A DNA stretch of 57,053 nt from an uncultured Fibrobacterota bacterium (GTDB taxonomy: Bacteria > Fibrobacterota > Chitinivibrionia > Chitinivibrionales > CAYFVL01). The notes beneath the pieces were generated by a model, which was given only the letters and a program-made list of their open reading frames with translations, was not told the DNA's origin and searched no databases. Location of the stretch: the NCBI GenBank assembly GCA_964346405.1, contig CAYFVL010000001.1, positions 4,640-61,692 of the forward strand. The letters run 5' to 3'. This document shows positions 18,754-29,293 of the stretch, one piece after another. Position numbers and translations under genes: made by a program. Each line of letters opens with the position of its first letter. The stretch's first letter is position 1.

Positions 18754-18979
18754 CGATCGTGCCGAATATGGCCTTTTTGCACACAAAGCTTCCACCGCCG
18801 AGGTTCCGGAGCTATTTTCTACCTAAGCTGGCCGATTCTGAGCGAGGAAACCCTTCTCGGCCATGGAGTTTTCACTACCGTTCAGCTACTTGAGGTATTC
18901 CGGCTTCTCAGCCGAACCTGATTGTAGCCATTTGTGTGGTGATGCGATTTTCCGCGAGTGAATCGCTCAACTTAGGTTC

Positions 18980-19008
18980 TAGCCCAAGTTTCTGCACTCA
19001 ATTGTGGG
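18980..19008 (+). repeat. Degenerate copy f of the interspersed repeat (AAGTTT subfamily)
   Basis: TAGCCCAAGTTTCTGCACTCAATTGTGGG resembles TAGCCCCAAGTTTCGCAATCAATTCACGG at 40466. It lies 80 nt upstream of the ribD start. Confidence 0.5.
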
Positions 19009-19088
19009 ATAAAGGGTTCCAGGCTCTTTTATGCACCCGACAGGGAACAAAACGTACAGATGCCTCCCATACAAGCGACGGAAACACA

Positions 19089-20207
19089 ATGACCACCTAT
19101 TCTCCCGAAGATCGTGATTACATGGCTCAGGCGCTCAGTGAAGCCGAGAAAGTGAAAGGGAGCACATTCCCAAACCCCGCCGTCGGTGCGGTAATTGTCA
19201 CTTCGGCCGGAATTATAGCCAAAGGCGCAACAGCCCCGGCAGGGGGGGATCATGCCGAAATTCACGCCATGAAGCAAGCCGGCCGCAACACCGAAGGCGC
19301 AACGCTCTACGTGACGCTCGAGCCGTGCAGCCATCAGGGAAGAACCCCTCCCTGCGCTCTTGCAGTGGCCTCGGCAGGAATCAGAAAAGTGTTTATTGCG
19401 ACGGAGGATCCAAATCCGCTCGTGTCCGGCAGAGGAATACGTTTACTGCGCTCCAAAGGTATCGAAGTTCACATCGGCCTTCTTCGTGAACCTGCGATGC
19501 GACTCAATGAGGATTTTTTCTGGTCCATAACGAAACATCGAGCCTGGATTACCGTGAAACTGGCTCTGACCCTCGACGGGAGAATCGCCGATACGCGAGG
19601 GGCTTCGAAATGGATCACCAATAAAGAGTCCCGATGCCTCGTTCATGAGCTTCGAAGCCACCATGCCGCTATTGCGATTGGCCGAAAAACATTGGAAATT
19701 GATGATCCCAGCCTCAATGTGCGCCATGTGAAAGGTCCCTCGCCCGCACGTATTGTTTTTATGTCGCACCCCAATCTCGATCCGAAATCCAGGCTTGCAC
19801 AAAGTGCCGCTTTGTTACGTACTATATTGGTGTGTCCCGGAGAGCCGGAAGGCGGCAGTGATTTGTTTGGGGGAAATATAGAAATCTGGCGAATGGGACG
19901 AGGGTCCATGGCCGACCAATTGCATATTTTTTCGGAGATGGCTCACAAGGAAGATCTTTCCAGCGTTTTGGTCGAGGGTGGACACGGACTCGCCGGATCG
20001 TTTCTGGAGGCCGGGTTGGTGAATCGGCTTATCCTTTTCTACGGAAACAAGATTCTCGGAGAAGGGCTTTCCCCGGTAAAACTATCCGCTCCCAGGGATA
20101 TCAATGGATGTTTTCAGCTCAGTGATATGGAAGTACGCATACTAGGGGACAACATAATGGTTTCCGGTAAACCCGGTCCGGAGGCTGGCCAATGTTTACA
20201 GGACTGA
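19089..20207 (+). CDS. ribD: Bifunctional riboflavin biosynthesis deaminase/reductase
   Basis: I moved the start to Met52 (MTTYSPEDRDYMAQALSEAEK). The deaminase zinc motifs are HAEIHAM and TLEPCSHQGRTPPC. A reductase half follows. Confidence 0.9.
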   Translation: MTTYSPEDRDYMAQALSEAEKVKGSTFPNPAVGAVIVTSAGIIAKGATAPAGGDHAEIHAMKQAGRNTEGATLYVTLEPCSHQGRTPPCALAVASAGIRKVFIATEDPNPLVSGRGIRLLRSKGIEVHIGLLREPAMRLNEDFFWSITKHRAWITVKLALTLDGRIADTRGASKWITNKESRCLVHELRSHHAAIAIGRKTLEIDDPSLNVRHVKGPSPARIVFMSHPNLDPKSRLAQSAALLRTILVCPGEPEGGSDLFGGNIEIWRMGRGSMADQLHIFSEMAHKEDLSSVLVEGGHGLAGSFLEAGLVNRLILFYGNKILGEGLSPVKLSAPRDINGCFQLSDMEVRILGDNIMVSGKPGPEAGQCLQD

Positions 20208-20851
20208 TAGAAACAGTCGCCACTATTTCCGACGTGAGATTGTCCGGATTGAACCAGACTATCGGAATAAAACCGGATCGCCGTGAGTTCGAAGTAGAAG
20301 TCGGTGGTTCGGTGGCAATTGATGGTGCGTGCCTCACACTGGAATCAACCAGACAAAATATTCTATTTTTCACCGCCGTCTATGAAACATTACGGCATAC
20401 AACCCTTGCGCGGCTCAGGCGAGGAGATCGGGTCAACCTGGAACGAGCGGTTACTCTGCGGAGTCGAATGGACGGGCATATTGTTCAGGGCCATGTCGAT
20501 GCAGTTGGAACTATATTAGGGGACCGGCCGAAAAACGGCAGCATTGTTCGAACGGTGCGAATCCCCGAAGAACTTCGGGCTTTCGCGGCAAAGAAGGGAT
20601 CGATAACAATAGACGGGGTCAGCCTTACTATCGCGGAAGTACAAAACGATACAATTTCCGTTTCCATTATTCCGCATACGCTCAGAGAAACAAATCTGCG
20701 GTACAAAACGGCGGGAAGACAGGTTAATCTCGAAGTCGACGTGATTGCCAGGTATGTAGTAAATGCATTGCTCAGAAGTGGTGCGCCGCAAAACGAAAAT
20801 ACAAAATCCTCTTCCGACTTATTGTCCAAGCTGAGGGAACCGGAACAGTGA
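20192..20851 (+). CDS. ribE: Riboflavin synthase
   Basis: The N-terminus is [12 protein letters not shown], and the duplicated lumazine-binding repeat is present ([12 protein letters not shown] / [11 protein letters not shown]). It overlaps the end of ribD by 16 nt. Confidence 0.9.
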   Translation: MFTGLIETVATISDVRLSGLNQTIGIKPDRREFEVEVGGSVAIDGACLTLESTRQNILFFTAVYETLRHTTLARLRRGDRVNLERAVTLRSRMDGHIVQGHVDAVGTILGDRPKNGSIVRTVRIPEELRAFAAKKGSITIDGVSLTIAEVQNDTISVSIIPHTLRETNLRYKTAGRQVNLEVDVIARYVVNALLRSGAPQNENTKSSSDLLSKLREPEQ

Positions 20852-22065
20852 AAAGTCTGCAAGAAATAGAAAAGATCATAGAAGATTACCGCCAGGGCAA
20901 AATGGTCATCATCGTGGACGATGAAGATCGCGAAAACGAGGGGGATCTTGCGTTTGGGTCGGTACACTGCACTCCCGAGAAAATAAACTTCATGGCCAGG
21001 TATGGCCGGGGTTTGATCTGCGTCGCCCTGGAAGCGGAAAGACTGGAATCTCTCCGAATCCCGATGATGGTTTCCCAGAACACGTCGCGCTTCGAGACCG
21101 CGTTCACGGTATCCGTGGAAGCGAAGCATGGTACCACGACCGGGATATCCGCCGCCGACCGAAGCGAAACGGTAAAGAGACTGGTCGATCCTGAAGCCGG
21201 CCCCGACGATTTTGTTATGCCCGGCCACATGTTTCCGGTCAAAGCTCGCCGAGGTGGAACCCTTGTTCGCAGCGGCCAGACCGAGGCCTCGGTCGATTTG
21301 GCAAAGCTGGCCGGTTTGTATCCCTCGGGAGTCATCTGCGAAATAATGAACGAAGACGGAACAATGGCCCGCATGCCGCAGCTTCTTGAAGTAGCCAAGC
21401 AGCACAATATCCGGATCATTTCCGTTGCCGAGATCATCCGATACAGAACGGCACACGAGCATTTCGTGACCTGCAGTTCGGTCGCCTCACTGCCGACCGC
21501 CTGGGGCGAATTCGAAATCCGCTGCTACGAAGAGCATATAACCGGCCTTGTGCATGTCGTTCTTAAAAAGGGTGATATCACGCCCGACAAACCAGCATTG
21601 GTTCGCGTCCATTCCGAATGTTTCACAGGTGATATTCTGAACTCACTCAGATGTGATTGTGGGGAACAACTGCATCACGCCATGTGCCAAATAGAGAAAA
21701 GCGGTGGTGCTTTACTGTACCTTCGGCAGGAAGGCCGCGGTATTGGTCTGGCCAACAAAATAAGAGCCTACGCGCTGCAGGAAGGTGGCCTGGACACCGT
21801 TGAAGCCAATCAGGAACTGGGATTTGCTCCCGACCTCAGGGATTATGGAATCGGCGCACAGATTCTGGCGGACCTGGGTATACGGAAAATTCGTCTGATG
21901 ACAAACAACCCACGGAAAATTGTCGGACTCGAGGGATACGGCCTGGAAATTGTCGAACGTGTCCCAATTCAGATACCTGCACGAACCGAAAATGAACGAT
22001 ATCTCGATACAAAAAGACAGAAGCTGGGACACCTGCTCGAAGGGGGAACTCGATGCCAACCGTAA
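20848..22065 (+). CDS. ribBA: Bifunctional 3,4-dihydroxy-2-butanone-4-phosphate synthase / GTP cyclohydrolase II
   Basis: The DHBP synthase motif is [11 protein letters not shown]. The GCH II motifs are [18 protein letters not shown] and [11 protein letters not shown]. The GTG start overlaps the upstream stop. Confidence 0.9.
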   Translation: MKSLQEIEKIIEDYRQGKMVIIVDDEDRENEGDLAFGSVHCTPEKINFMARYGRGLICVALEAERLESLRIPMMVSQNTSRFETAFTVSVEAKHGTTTGISAADRSETVKRLVDPEAGPDDFVMPGHMFPVKARRGGTLVRSGQTEASVDLAKLAGLYPSGVICEIMNEDGTMARMPQLLEVAKQHNIRIISVAEIIRYRTAHEHFVTCSSVASLPTAWGEFEIRCYEEHITGLVHVVLKKGDITPDKPALVRVHSECFTGDILNSLRCDCGEQLHHAMCQIEKSGGALLYLRQEGRGIGLANKIRAYALQEGGLDTVEANQELGFAPDLRDYGIGAQILADLGIRKIRLMTNNPRKIVGLEGYGLEIVERVPIQIPARTENERYLDTKRQKLGHLLEGGTRCQP

Positions 22066-22517
22066 TTGAAGGCTCACTCAGTGCGGCCAATCGCCGATTC
22101 GCTATCGTTGTGAGTAGATTCAACGAGTTCATTTCCAGTAAGCTCCTGGATGGTGCCGTTGATTGCCTGATACGCCATGATGCGGATGAGAAAAATATTA
22201 CGGTTGTCTGGGTACCGGGTTCATTTGAAATTCCACTCGCAGCAAGAAAATTGGCTCAATCCGACAAATTTGATGCAGTAATCTGTGTTGGCGCCGTAAT
22301 CAGGGGAGCGACTCCCCATTTCGATTATGTTGCCGCCGAGGTGGCAAAAGGTATAGCAACAACTTCCCTGGATACCGGAAAGCCGATTGCCTTCGGCGTT
22401 CTCACCACCGATTCGATCGAGCAGGCAGTGGAGCGCGCCGGTACCAAGGCCGGTAACAAGGGATTTGATGCCGCGATGACTGTAATGGAAATGGTCGACG
22501 TTCTCGGCAAACTGTAA
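22053..22517 (+). CDS. ribH: 6,7-dimethyl-8-ribityllumazine synthase
   Basis: Family-typical blocks at the typical 154-aa length: [40 protein letters not shown]. Confidence 0.9.
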   Translation: MPTVIEGSLSAANRRFAIVVSRFNEFISSKLLDGAVDCLIRHDADEKNITVVWVPGSFEIPLAARKLAQSDKFDAVICVGAVIRGATPHFDYVAAEVAKGIATTSLDTGKPIAFGVLTTDSIEQAVERAGTKAGNKGFDAAMTVMEMVDVLGKL

Positions 22518-22598
22518 TGATGTAAGGGGAAATCCTAATAGACGGAGGATTGCCGACCTATCGGCGATTGCTCCCGTCGTTTGTTTATAGATATTGAT

Positions 22599-23033
22599 AT
22601 GAAACAGCGAAGAAAAGCTCGCGAGCTTGCCCTGCAGTGCCTCTACGCCGGTGAAGTAGGGCTGGACACCGACTACAGAAAACTGCTCGAAACAATTGCC
22701 GATTCGCAATCGTCGGCTCGAGAAACCAAGGAGTACGCACTTCGATTGGTAACCGAGACAATAGAAGCAAAAAACGATATCGACACTATACTCGAAAAGC
22801 ACACGGCCAACTGGCAGATCGAACGCATGGCCGTTGTCGACAGGAATATTCTGCGAATGGCCGTGGCCGAACTCAGAACCGGTAAAGAAGTGCCTTTCAG
22901 AGTCGTAATAGATGAAGCCGTAGAACTGGCGAAAGAATACAGTGGTGATGAATCGGGCAGATTCGTAAACGGTGTAATTGATGCCGTTTTTCACGAGATG
23001 GCCGAAAAACCATCGAGAAAGGAAAGCAGATAG
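22599..23033 (+). CDS. nusB: Transcription antitermination factor NusB
   Basis: MKQRRKARELALQCLY...WQIERMAVVDRNILRMAVAEL...VVIDEAVELAKEYSG. The ribH-nusB adjacency is the conserved arrangement. Confidence 0.85.
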   Translation: MKQRRKARELALQCLYAGEVGLDTDYRKLLETIADSQSSARETKEYALRLVTETIEAKNDIDTILEKHTANWQIERMAVVDRNILRMAVAELRTGKEVPFRVVIDEAVELAKEYSGDESGRFVNGVIDAVFHEMAEKPSRKESR

Positions 23034-23036
23034 ATT

Positions 23037-26000
23037 ATGGATGATCGTCACAAGAAAACGAATGCCGTCCTGGCGTTGGTTGTATTTGCCGTCACGTTCG
23101 TTACATTTCTGACGACCGTTGCGCCCACGGTGTCATTCTGGGACTGTGGAGAATACATCGGGGCGGCTCATTCACTCGGGATCCCTCATCCTCCCGGAAA
23201 CCCTTTGTATGTTCTTGTCGGACGTTTTTTCTCGATAATGCTGCCATTTTTCACTCAGGTGGCCTATCGAGTGAACCTCATATCGGTTCTCAGCGGAGCG
23301 TTTACCGCAGTGTTCATGTACCTGATCGTGGTACGGGTCATGATATCCTGGATGGGTATTCCTCAGAAAACCTGGCAGCGCCTTACGATCTACACCGCGG
23401 GACTTGTCGGAGCGTTCTTCGCGGTATTCAACTATACATTCTGGTTCAGCGCCGTTGAAGCATCGGTGTATATACCCAGTATGTTGTTCATATCGATATG
23501 CACCTGGCTGGCCATCATCTGGTCTCAGAGCACCTCACCGGACCGTGATCGTCTGCTGGTCCTGATTGCGTATCTTGTATTTCTGAGTATAGGAATACAC
23601 ATGATGGGCATGATCGCAATGGCACCGATCGGGCTTTTCATTTTCCTCAAAGATCGGGAAAAGCTCAAAGACTGGCGACTCTGGTTTATTGGTTTCATGA
23701 TGGCATCCGTGATCTGGCAACCAAGCATGTTCCTTGCAATCGGGCCGATGTTATTGCTCATGACGGTCGTGTATGGATTCTTACGATTCAAGGATTCCCG
23801 CGTTATCAATCCGGTCATTTTCGGGTTTCTTTTCGTCTGGCAGGTCATGGTCGCATATAACAAGTTTTCGCTCGACGGAGGCTTTGTCGAGGCGGTATTC
23901 CCATTCGCGGCGCTCTTCGGGTTTACTCTGCTCGCTATGTTCCTGGACGAGAATGCGATTGCTCTGCAACTGAAGAAGAAGTGGCGTTTCATGTTCTGGC
24001 TGGTCGCTTTTGCTTCACTCGGATACTCTGTTCACGCCTATATCCCGATCCGATCGGCACTCGATCCCATAATCGACGAGAATAATCCGGTTATCACCTG
24101 GGAAGACGGGAAAGTCAATGCGGATAATTTCCGCTACTTCCTCGAGCGCAAACAGTACGGCTCTGAATCCATGATTTCCCGCATGTTCTGGCGACGCGGA
24201 TCCTGGCAGAAACAGCTTGGAATCGATGACCACATGGGGTATGGAGGATTCCACATTACCCAGTTCTTCCATTTTGGCGATCACATCGGAGCCGATCGTA
24301 CCACTCCACTTTTCGAATCGTACGGAGGAGCGGGAGGCTTTCTGAGGCTTCTGGTATACCTGGTCCCGACCTTCTTCATGATATACGGGTGGGCCTATCT
24401 TTATAAACGAAACAAGAACCTGGCCATATTCCTGATCGTGCTATTCGTGCTCTCCTCTATCGGACTGGTTCTCTACATGAATTTCGCCGACGGGTATCAT
24501 GCGGAAAAACGCGACTACATGGCCTGGGTTCGAAGCGGAAGACAGGGAACGATGCCAACCGTGCATCGCGAAGTGCGTATTCGAGACTACTTCTTTACCG
24601 CGGGATTCATGTTTTTCGGGATGTGGATCGGTCTTGCGGCGGGCAGTCTGCTCCATCTCCTGTTCACGAATTCCAACCGTTTCCTCAGAACGCAGATGGC
24701 TCCGATTGCCGTCGTGCTGTTTCTTGTCTCTCCCGCACTTCCCTATGTACATAACTATGCGGAAAATAATCGTACCAATGACTGGATACCGTATGATTAT
24801 GCATACAATCTTCTGATGTCGTGTGAAAAGGATGGAATAATCTTCACCAATGGAGATAACGACACTTTTCCGCTATGGTTCCTGCAAGAAGCCGAGGGTA
24901 TTCGGAAAGACGTTCGAATTGTAAACCTGAGCCTGCTTAACACCACCTGGTATATAAAGCAGCTCAAGGACCTTGAACCCAAGGTGCCGATATCGTTTTC
25001 TCATAAGGAAATCGAAGCCCTTACGCATGAACTGAATCCGCTTGAGAAGCCACTCCCCTACACCATGCCCAAAGCAGGTATTCGAGTAGTTCTCCCCGGA
25101 CGTCGGGAGAAACAGGCTCTGCGGGTTCAGGACAAAATGGTGGTGAACATCGTCGATTCGAATAAATGGCGCAAACCCATCTATTTTGCGGTAACAGTTT
25201 CCAACGACAACATGATGGGACTCCAGCCTTATCTCCAGATGGAAGGTCTTGTCTACCGCGTACTGACTGAAAAAGTTCCCTCCGACGATCGGATAGATCT
25301 CGACAGGACGCTTTATCTTATCGACGATGTTTATCAGTTCAGGGGCCTGGGTAAAGGAAATGTCATCATGAGCGAAACGGCCCAGAAGCTCATGTCGAAT
25401 TATGCGGCAAGCTTCATTCAGGTTGCGCTCACGCTCGAGCAACCGCTCCTGGACAAGAAATCCAGAATCGAATCTCTGGAAAAAGCGCTCGTCGATACAA
25501 CGGCCGATGCCGGAGCAGGCGAGGTTTCCCGGGAACTAACGGAACTTCGGGCCGGGTATCAGGATACTCTGGATATCGTTATCAACAAACTCGAGCAGGT
25601 GATCGCTCTTATGCCGTGGGATTGGCGTCCACGTACTCTGCTTCACCGAACTCTTACTCAGCATGATCGGTATGAACTTGCTCTTGAAAAAATCAGGCAA
25701 GCGAGAATGGTCGAACCGGACAATCCGGATTACATGAAAATGGAAGCCCAGATTCTGGATGAATTAGGCAGAAGTGCCGAGGCGAACGATCTGCTGCGCA
25801 ACATTGCAAGGAGTGATCAAGATCCTTTTAATGCGTATGCTCTGCTAATGCGAAATTATCAGGAACAGGGCATGTACGACAGCGCAGTTGCCGTTATGGA
25901 AGAGTTCCAGAAGGTAAGTCCGGGGGATCGAAGAGCCACGGCAATGATTTCGGAATTGCGCCGCTTACAAAAAGAATCCGGGGATGCGGAAACTGAAGAT

Positions 26001-26054
26001 ACGGCAGAACCCGTGTCTTCGAAACTCTCTCCGTCCCCTGCCGTAAAGGGGTAA
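23037..26054 (+). CDS. DUF2723-family polytopic membrane protein (glycosyltransferase-like) with C-terminal TPR repeats
   Basis: VSFWDCGEYIGAAHSLGIPHPPGNPLYVLVGR is the hallmark DUF2723 N-terminal block. Many TM helices follow, and the last ~250 aa are TPR-like. Confidence 0.75.
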   Translation: MDDRHKKTNAVLALVVFAVTFVTFLTTVAPTVSFWDCGEYIGAAHSLGIPHPPGNPLYVLVGRFFSIMLPFFTQVAYRVNLISVLSGAFTAVFMYLIVVRVMISWMGIPQKTWQRLTIYTAGLVGAFFAVFNYTFWFSAVEASVYIPSMLFISICTWLAIIWSQSTSPDRDRLLVLIAYLVFLSIGIHMMGMIAMAPIGLFIFLKDREKLKDWRLWFIGFMMASVIWQPSMFLAIGPMLLLMTVVYGFLRFKDSRVINPVIFGFLFVWQVMVAYNKFSLDGGFVEAVFPFAALFGFTLLAMFLDENAIALQLKKKWRFMFWLVAFASLGYSVHAYIPIRSALDPIIDENNPVITWEDGKVNADNFRYFLERKQYGSESMISRMFWRRGSWQKQLGIDDHMGYGGFHITQFFHFGDHIGADRTTPLFESYGGAGGFLRLLVYLVPTFFMIYGWAYLYKRNKNLAIFLIVLFVLSSIGLVLYMNFADGYHAEKRDYMAWVRSGRQGTMPTVHREVRIRDYFFTAGFMFFGMWIGLAAGSLLHLLFTNSNRFLRTQMAPIAVVLFLVSPALPYVHNYAENNRTNDWIPYDYAYNLLMSCEKDGIIFTNGDNDTFPLWFLQEAEGIRKDVRIVNLSLLNTTWYIKQLKDLEPKVPISFSHKEIEALTHELNPLEKPLPYTMPKAGIRVVLPGRREKQALRVQDKMVVNIVDSNKWRKPIYFAVTVSNDNMMGLQPYLQMEGLVYRVLTEKVPSDDRIDLDRTLYLIDDVYQFRGLGKGNVIMSETAQKLMSNYAASFIQVALTLEQPLLDKKSRIESLEKALVDTTADAGAGEVSRELTELRAGYQDTLDIVINKLEQVIALMPWDWRPRTLLHRTLTQHDRYELALEKIRQARMVEPDNPDYMKMEAQILDELGRSAEANDLLRNIARSDQDPFNAYALLMRNYQEQGMYDSAVAVMEEFQKVSPGDRRATAMISELRRLQKESGDAETEDTAEPVSSKLSPSPAVKG

Positions 26055-26084
26055 TCCGCGACTCAAATCGGCCTCGCACTTTCG

Positions 26085-26120
26085 GCCCTGTTCCTCGGAT
26101 GGGAACAGGGCTTCTTTTCT
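26085..26120 (+). terminator. Rho-independent terminator between convergent genes
   Basis: GCCCTGTTCC (26085-94) pairs perfectly with GGAACAGGGC (26102-11) around the 7-nt loop TCGGATG. TTCTTTTCT follows. Confidence 0.8.
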
Positions 26121-26291
26121 CTCGTCGTGCATTCCTGCCGGGGTATAGCGCAGATACCCATCTGAATTACTTGCTTGTGGTCCCCATCGTGGGTAATCGT
26201 GGGTGAATACGCGAATACTCTTTCCAACGCACCGGTAAGCGCTCGTGAAAACCACTCCAGAACCTGTTCCAACGGTAATCCGGCGGGTGGA

Positions 26292-27106
26292 TTACAGCCC
26301 AATCTTTCTTCGGGTTATCCGACCCAAACCGTCTGAAAGTTGCAGTATGTACATCCCATGAGAAGGACGCTCTAATGAAACGCTGCTCCCCGCGGTTCCA
26401 CGGGAAACGACACGTTGCCTAACAACACGCCCCGACGGATCGAAAAGGGTGACAACGACCGTCCCCGACTTCACCGCGGATGTCTGATCGTAAAAAACTT
26501 GCAATTTGTCGGAATGTTTTCGGACTTCAAGGCGTTTTCCTTGCCGACTTACCGACGATCTTTCTCCTGGTGTCGGTTGAGCGGACATCTCCCCGTCCTT
26601 ACGAAAATCCTTGCCCTGTTCCATGGCACTGCTTTTCGGCAAAATCGGCGTGCAGTTCTTCGAGAGTGTCTCCGGGGGTAATTCGGTTGAACCAGGTAAG
26701 ACCACTGCCCCTGGTTTCCCAATAGGTATCCCAGCGAAGTGCCGGCACATGTGCCGGCGCGATCATTCGCCCCTTTACCATTATCCCTATATGAGGGGGT
26801 CCGGGATGTTCGGGCAGCGCAACCTCTTTTACACGTGCGGTGAAAGTGAAACTCCCTCGGACAGGCGGATTTTCGACGTGTGCCAGTGCACAAGCGTCAA
26901 CCCACCAATACACCCCCTGACCATTACCGGACAGCGTGTACTCCTTTTGCCGGGATCGTAGCCTCCCTCCGCAGGAAGAAAAAGGAAGAGAGCAGCAGGA
27001 CAAACAGGGCTGATCGGATTACGCAAAGTGATAAACCTCTGCTGAAAGCACTCGCATGGATCCATGGATCTCTCATTGAGACCTCTCCATCATGGTGACC
27101 TTTCAT
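26292..27106 (-). pseudogene. Secreted protein with a T9SS-type C-terminal sorting domain, split across three reading frames (pseudogene or assembly indels)
   Basis: Three consecutive minus-strand ORFs in different frames read as one protein. The first (26924-27106) is signal-like: ...SALFVLLLSSFFFL. The second (26599-27003) is globular: YTLSGNGQGVYWWVDACALAHVENPP...WFNRITPGDTLEELHADFAEK. The third (26292-26750) has a Por_Secre_tail-like end: VVVTLFDPSGRVVRQRVV...GMYILQLSDGLGRITRRKIGL. Frame switches coincide with short A-runs (CAAAAGG, GAAAAG). Confidence 0.4.
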
Positions 27107-27260
27107 GTCTTTTTCTGGATTATACCAACAAACTATAGAGAGGACCGGCCGAACAACAACCATGATAATTACTTGATTACAGTATCCGGGGGTTTTCGGG
27201 TTTCTTTCCCCAAACCCACGGGATACGATAGAAACGAACGATTCGTTCCAAACGGCGCGG

Positions 27261-28523
27261 TTACATTTCATAGGGACGAATACCACAAGCGGTCATGGCT
27301 TCACCAACCGTGTAGAATGATCCGCAAACGCATACCACGTCGGCCTTGGAATGCTCCGCGACCGCGATGCCTTCGGGTACTGTTCCTTTGCTCACGGTTT
27401 CTCCCTTGAAGCTGTCCGGAATACATTTCAGCAACGCTTCCGAATCCGTAGCGCGAGCGACGGAGGGTGTCACTGCTACAATTTCAGTGGCGGATGCGGA
27501 GATGGTTTTCATGATTGCGTACACGTCTTTGTCCACCATTACTCCGACCACAAAGAGGATGCTTTGACTGGGGTAGATTGCAGCCAGCGTCTCCGTCAAG
27601 GCCTCCACGGCCTGATGATTATGACCGACGTCAAAGATCCAGGGCTTACCGTCCCGGATCACTATCTGGAGTCTTCCCGGAAGACGAACCGATGCAAGTG
27701 CCAAAGCATTTGACGGTGGACCCGCAATATCGAGTTTATGCAGGACCGTCATGGCAAGAAGAGCATTAGCGGCTTGATGATACCCGATCAGCGGGACCGT
27801 AACCTCGGTCTCCCGGAACCGGAATCTACTGAAACCACCTGTTATTTCAGCCTGATGGTGCGGCTCGAGCGCTACCCAGTCCACCTGGGTATTGCGGGCC
27901 TCCACGATCTCGTTGGCCAGCCGACGGATTTCCGGATTTTCCGGAACGAGCATCACCAGTGGAACGCCCGGTTTCACTATTCCCAGTTTTTCACGCGCCA
28001 CCGAACACAGATCATTTCCAAGGTATTGGGCATGGTCCATTCCTAAACGGGTGATCACCGATGCTCTCGGAACAAGCACATTGGTCGCATCCAACCGCCC
28101 GCCGAGCCCTGTCTCAACAACCGCCCAATCTACTTCGGCATTTTTGAAGACCAAAAGGGCGAGAAGTGTGGTAACCTCGAAAAAGGTGAGGTCGTACTTA
28201 TCGATAAGCGGCTCAACTACATGGTAGATGTCTTTCCATTCATTGAGAGATACCGGCCGACCATTGATCAGAAAGCGCTCTTCAAAGTTCACCAGGTGCG
28301 GAGAAACGTACAGACCCGTTTTGTATCCTGCATTCCTGAGTGCAGACTCGAGGAACGTACAGACCGCGCCTTTTCCGTTTGTGCCCGCCACGTGAATGGT
28401 TTGATAGGCCCCTTGTGGAGTTCCCAGCTCCGAGGCGGCCTTTTGTATCCGTTCAAGCCCCAACTTGATGGTGCCCGTTGTTCTCTGATAAAGAGCTGAG
28501 AGTATTCTTTCGGCAGACGCCAT
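27261..28523 (-). CDS. folC: Folylpolyglutamate synthase / dihydrofolate synthase
   Basis: I moved the start to Met17 (MASAERILSALY), which has GGAGA upstream. The P-loop is HVAGTNGKGAV. The layout is Mur-ligase-like (VVETGLGGRLDATNV). Confidence 0.85.
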   Translation of the reverse strand: MASAERILSALYQRTTGTIKLGLERIQKAASELGTPQGAYQTIHVAGTNGKGAVCTFLESALRNAGYKTGLYVSPHLVNFEERFLINGRPVSLNEWKDIYHVVEPLIDKYDLTFFEVTTLLALLVFKNAEVDWAVVETGLGGRLDATNVLVPRASVITRLGMDHAQYLGNDLCSVAREKLGIVKPGVPLVMLVPENPEIRRLANEIVEARNTQVDWVALEPHHQAEITGGFSRFRFRETEVTVPLIGYHQAANALLAMTVLHKLDIAGPPSNALALASVRLPGRLQIVIRDGKPWIFDVGHNHQAVEALTETLAAIYPSQSILFVVGVMVDKDVYAIMKTISASATEIVAVTPSVARATDSEALLKCIPDSFKGETVSKGTVPEGIAVAEHSKADVVCVCGSFYTVGEAMTACGIRPYEM

Positions 28524-29293
28524 CCGTTCTCCTTCCCACAGTTTTGCGCGAATAAGGACCCAAAGATACACGTCGCGAAAAGGCTTGGCAACAATTGGTG
28601 TCCGTTCGAAAATTACCTGAAAACGGACCCTGATCTTGTCCGGCGGGACGAAGCGCTCGTTTTCGGGCTGAAACGCAGGTTCACTTCGTCCTCCTCCCTC
28701 TCGGCGGGACGGGACGGGATCAGTGAACGAGTAGCTTCCGGACAGGCATTAATCAGGAGTTGTCATGGAATAGAGACTCCAGAAACCGCGAAGATATCCG
28801 CAAGCAAGAGCAAGCAAAAAATGTAAAGTTATTTTTGCGCGAGCCCTCAGTTAGTATCAGGAAGGAAGCGCTACCAAAAGCGCGTAGATTATAAGCCTCA
28901 GTGTTTCCATTATTTTCTCCCTCGGTGCCGAATGGTTTCCGATTTCCGGGATAGGTGATCCGTCCAGTTTTTGACGAAAATTCATGATTAAAGGTATACT
29001 CAGAGAGGTAACGCGCTTTTTTGAGTACTCGAAGAAAATCACTATCGATTTCACTGGAATAAACCTGTTTCACCTAAAACGGCTTTCCTGTCCGGACTTG
29101 AACATCAGGACATTATGCGCCGAGGCCGACGCAAAAAGTTATCTTATATTAGTATGCCGGGAGGGTATCGAAATGCCCTCACATGGAATACACGGCGGCA
29201 GTGCATTGGGTTCACCGGGTTTGTGGGTGGATATAGCGATATTGCTTAATTAAAGCGGCCCCTCTAAGGATCTAGTGCAGGAATGGGAGCAGT

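Noticed and set aside
18308-19088. FMN (RFN) riboswitch expected upstream of ribD
   Set aside because: I could not find the hallmark blocks (GGGTGAAATTCCC…ACCGGCGGT, AGCCCGCGA, GCCGACAGTGAAAGTCTGGATGGGAGA). There are only vague resemblances (ATTCCGG…AGCCGAAC at 18895-18917 and CCGACAGG at 19037). This needs cmsearch to settle.
20485-21462. Long antisense ORFs opposite well-supported genes: 20485..21462 and 22221..23051 opposite the rib/nusB genes; 17054..17980 opposite the MinD/Wza genes; 52333..52941 and 51580..52230 opposite the SpmAB/GH3 genes; 40689..41414 opposite the HD-GYP gene; and 39296..39874 and 39896..40483
   Set aside because: Each fully overlaps a CDS with clear family motifs on the other strand. 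Their translations are low-complexity or Arg/Ser/Gly-skewed with no recognisable motifs.
26052-26084. Possible eighth, highly degenerate copy of the stop-codon repeat after the DUF2723 gene (TAATCCGCGACTCAAATCGG)
   Set aside because: Similarity to TAACCCGACTTCGACAATCGA is too weak and too gapped to call without statistics. The region is already explained by a canonical terminator at 26085-26120.
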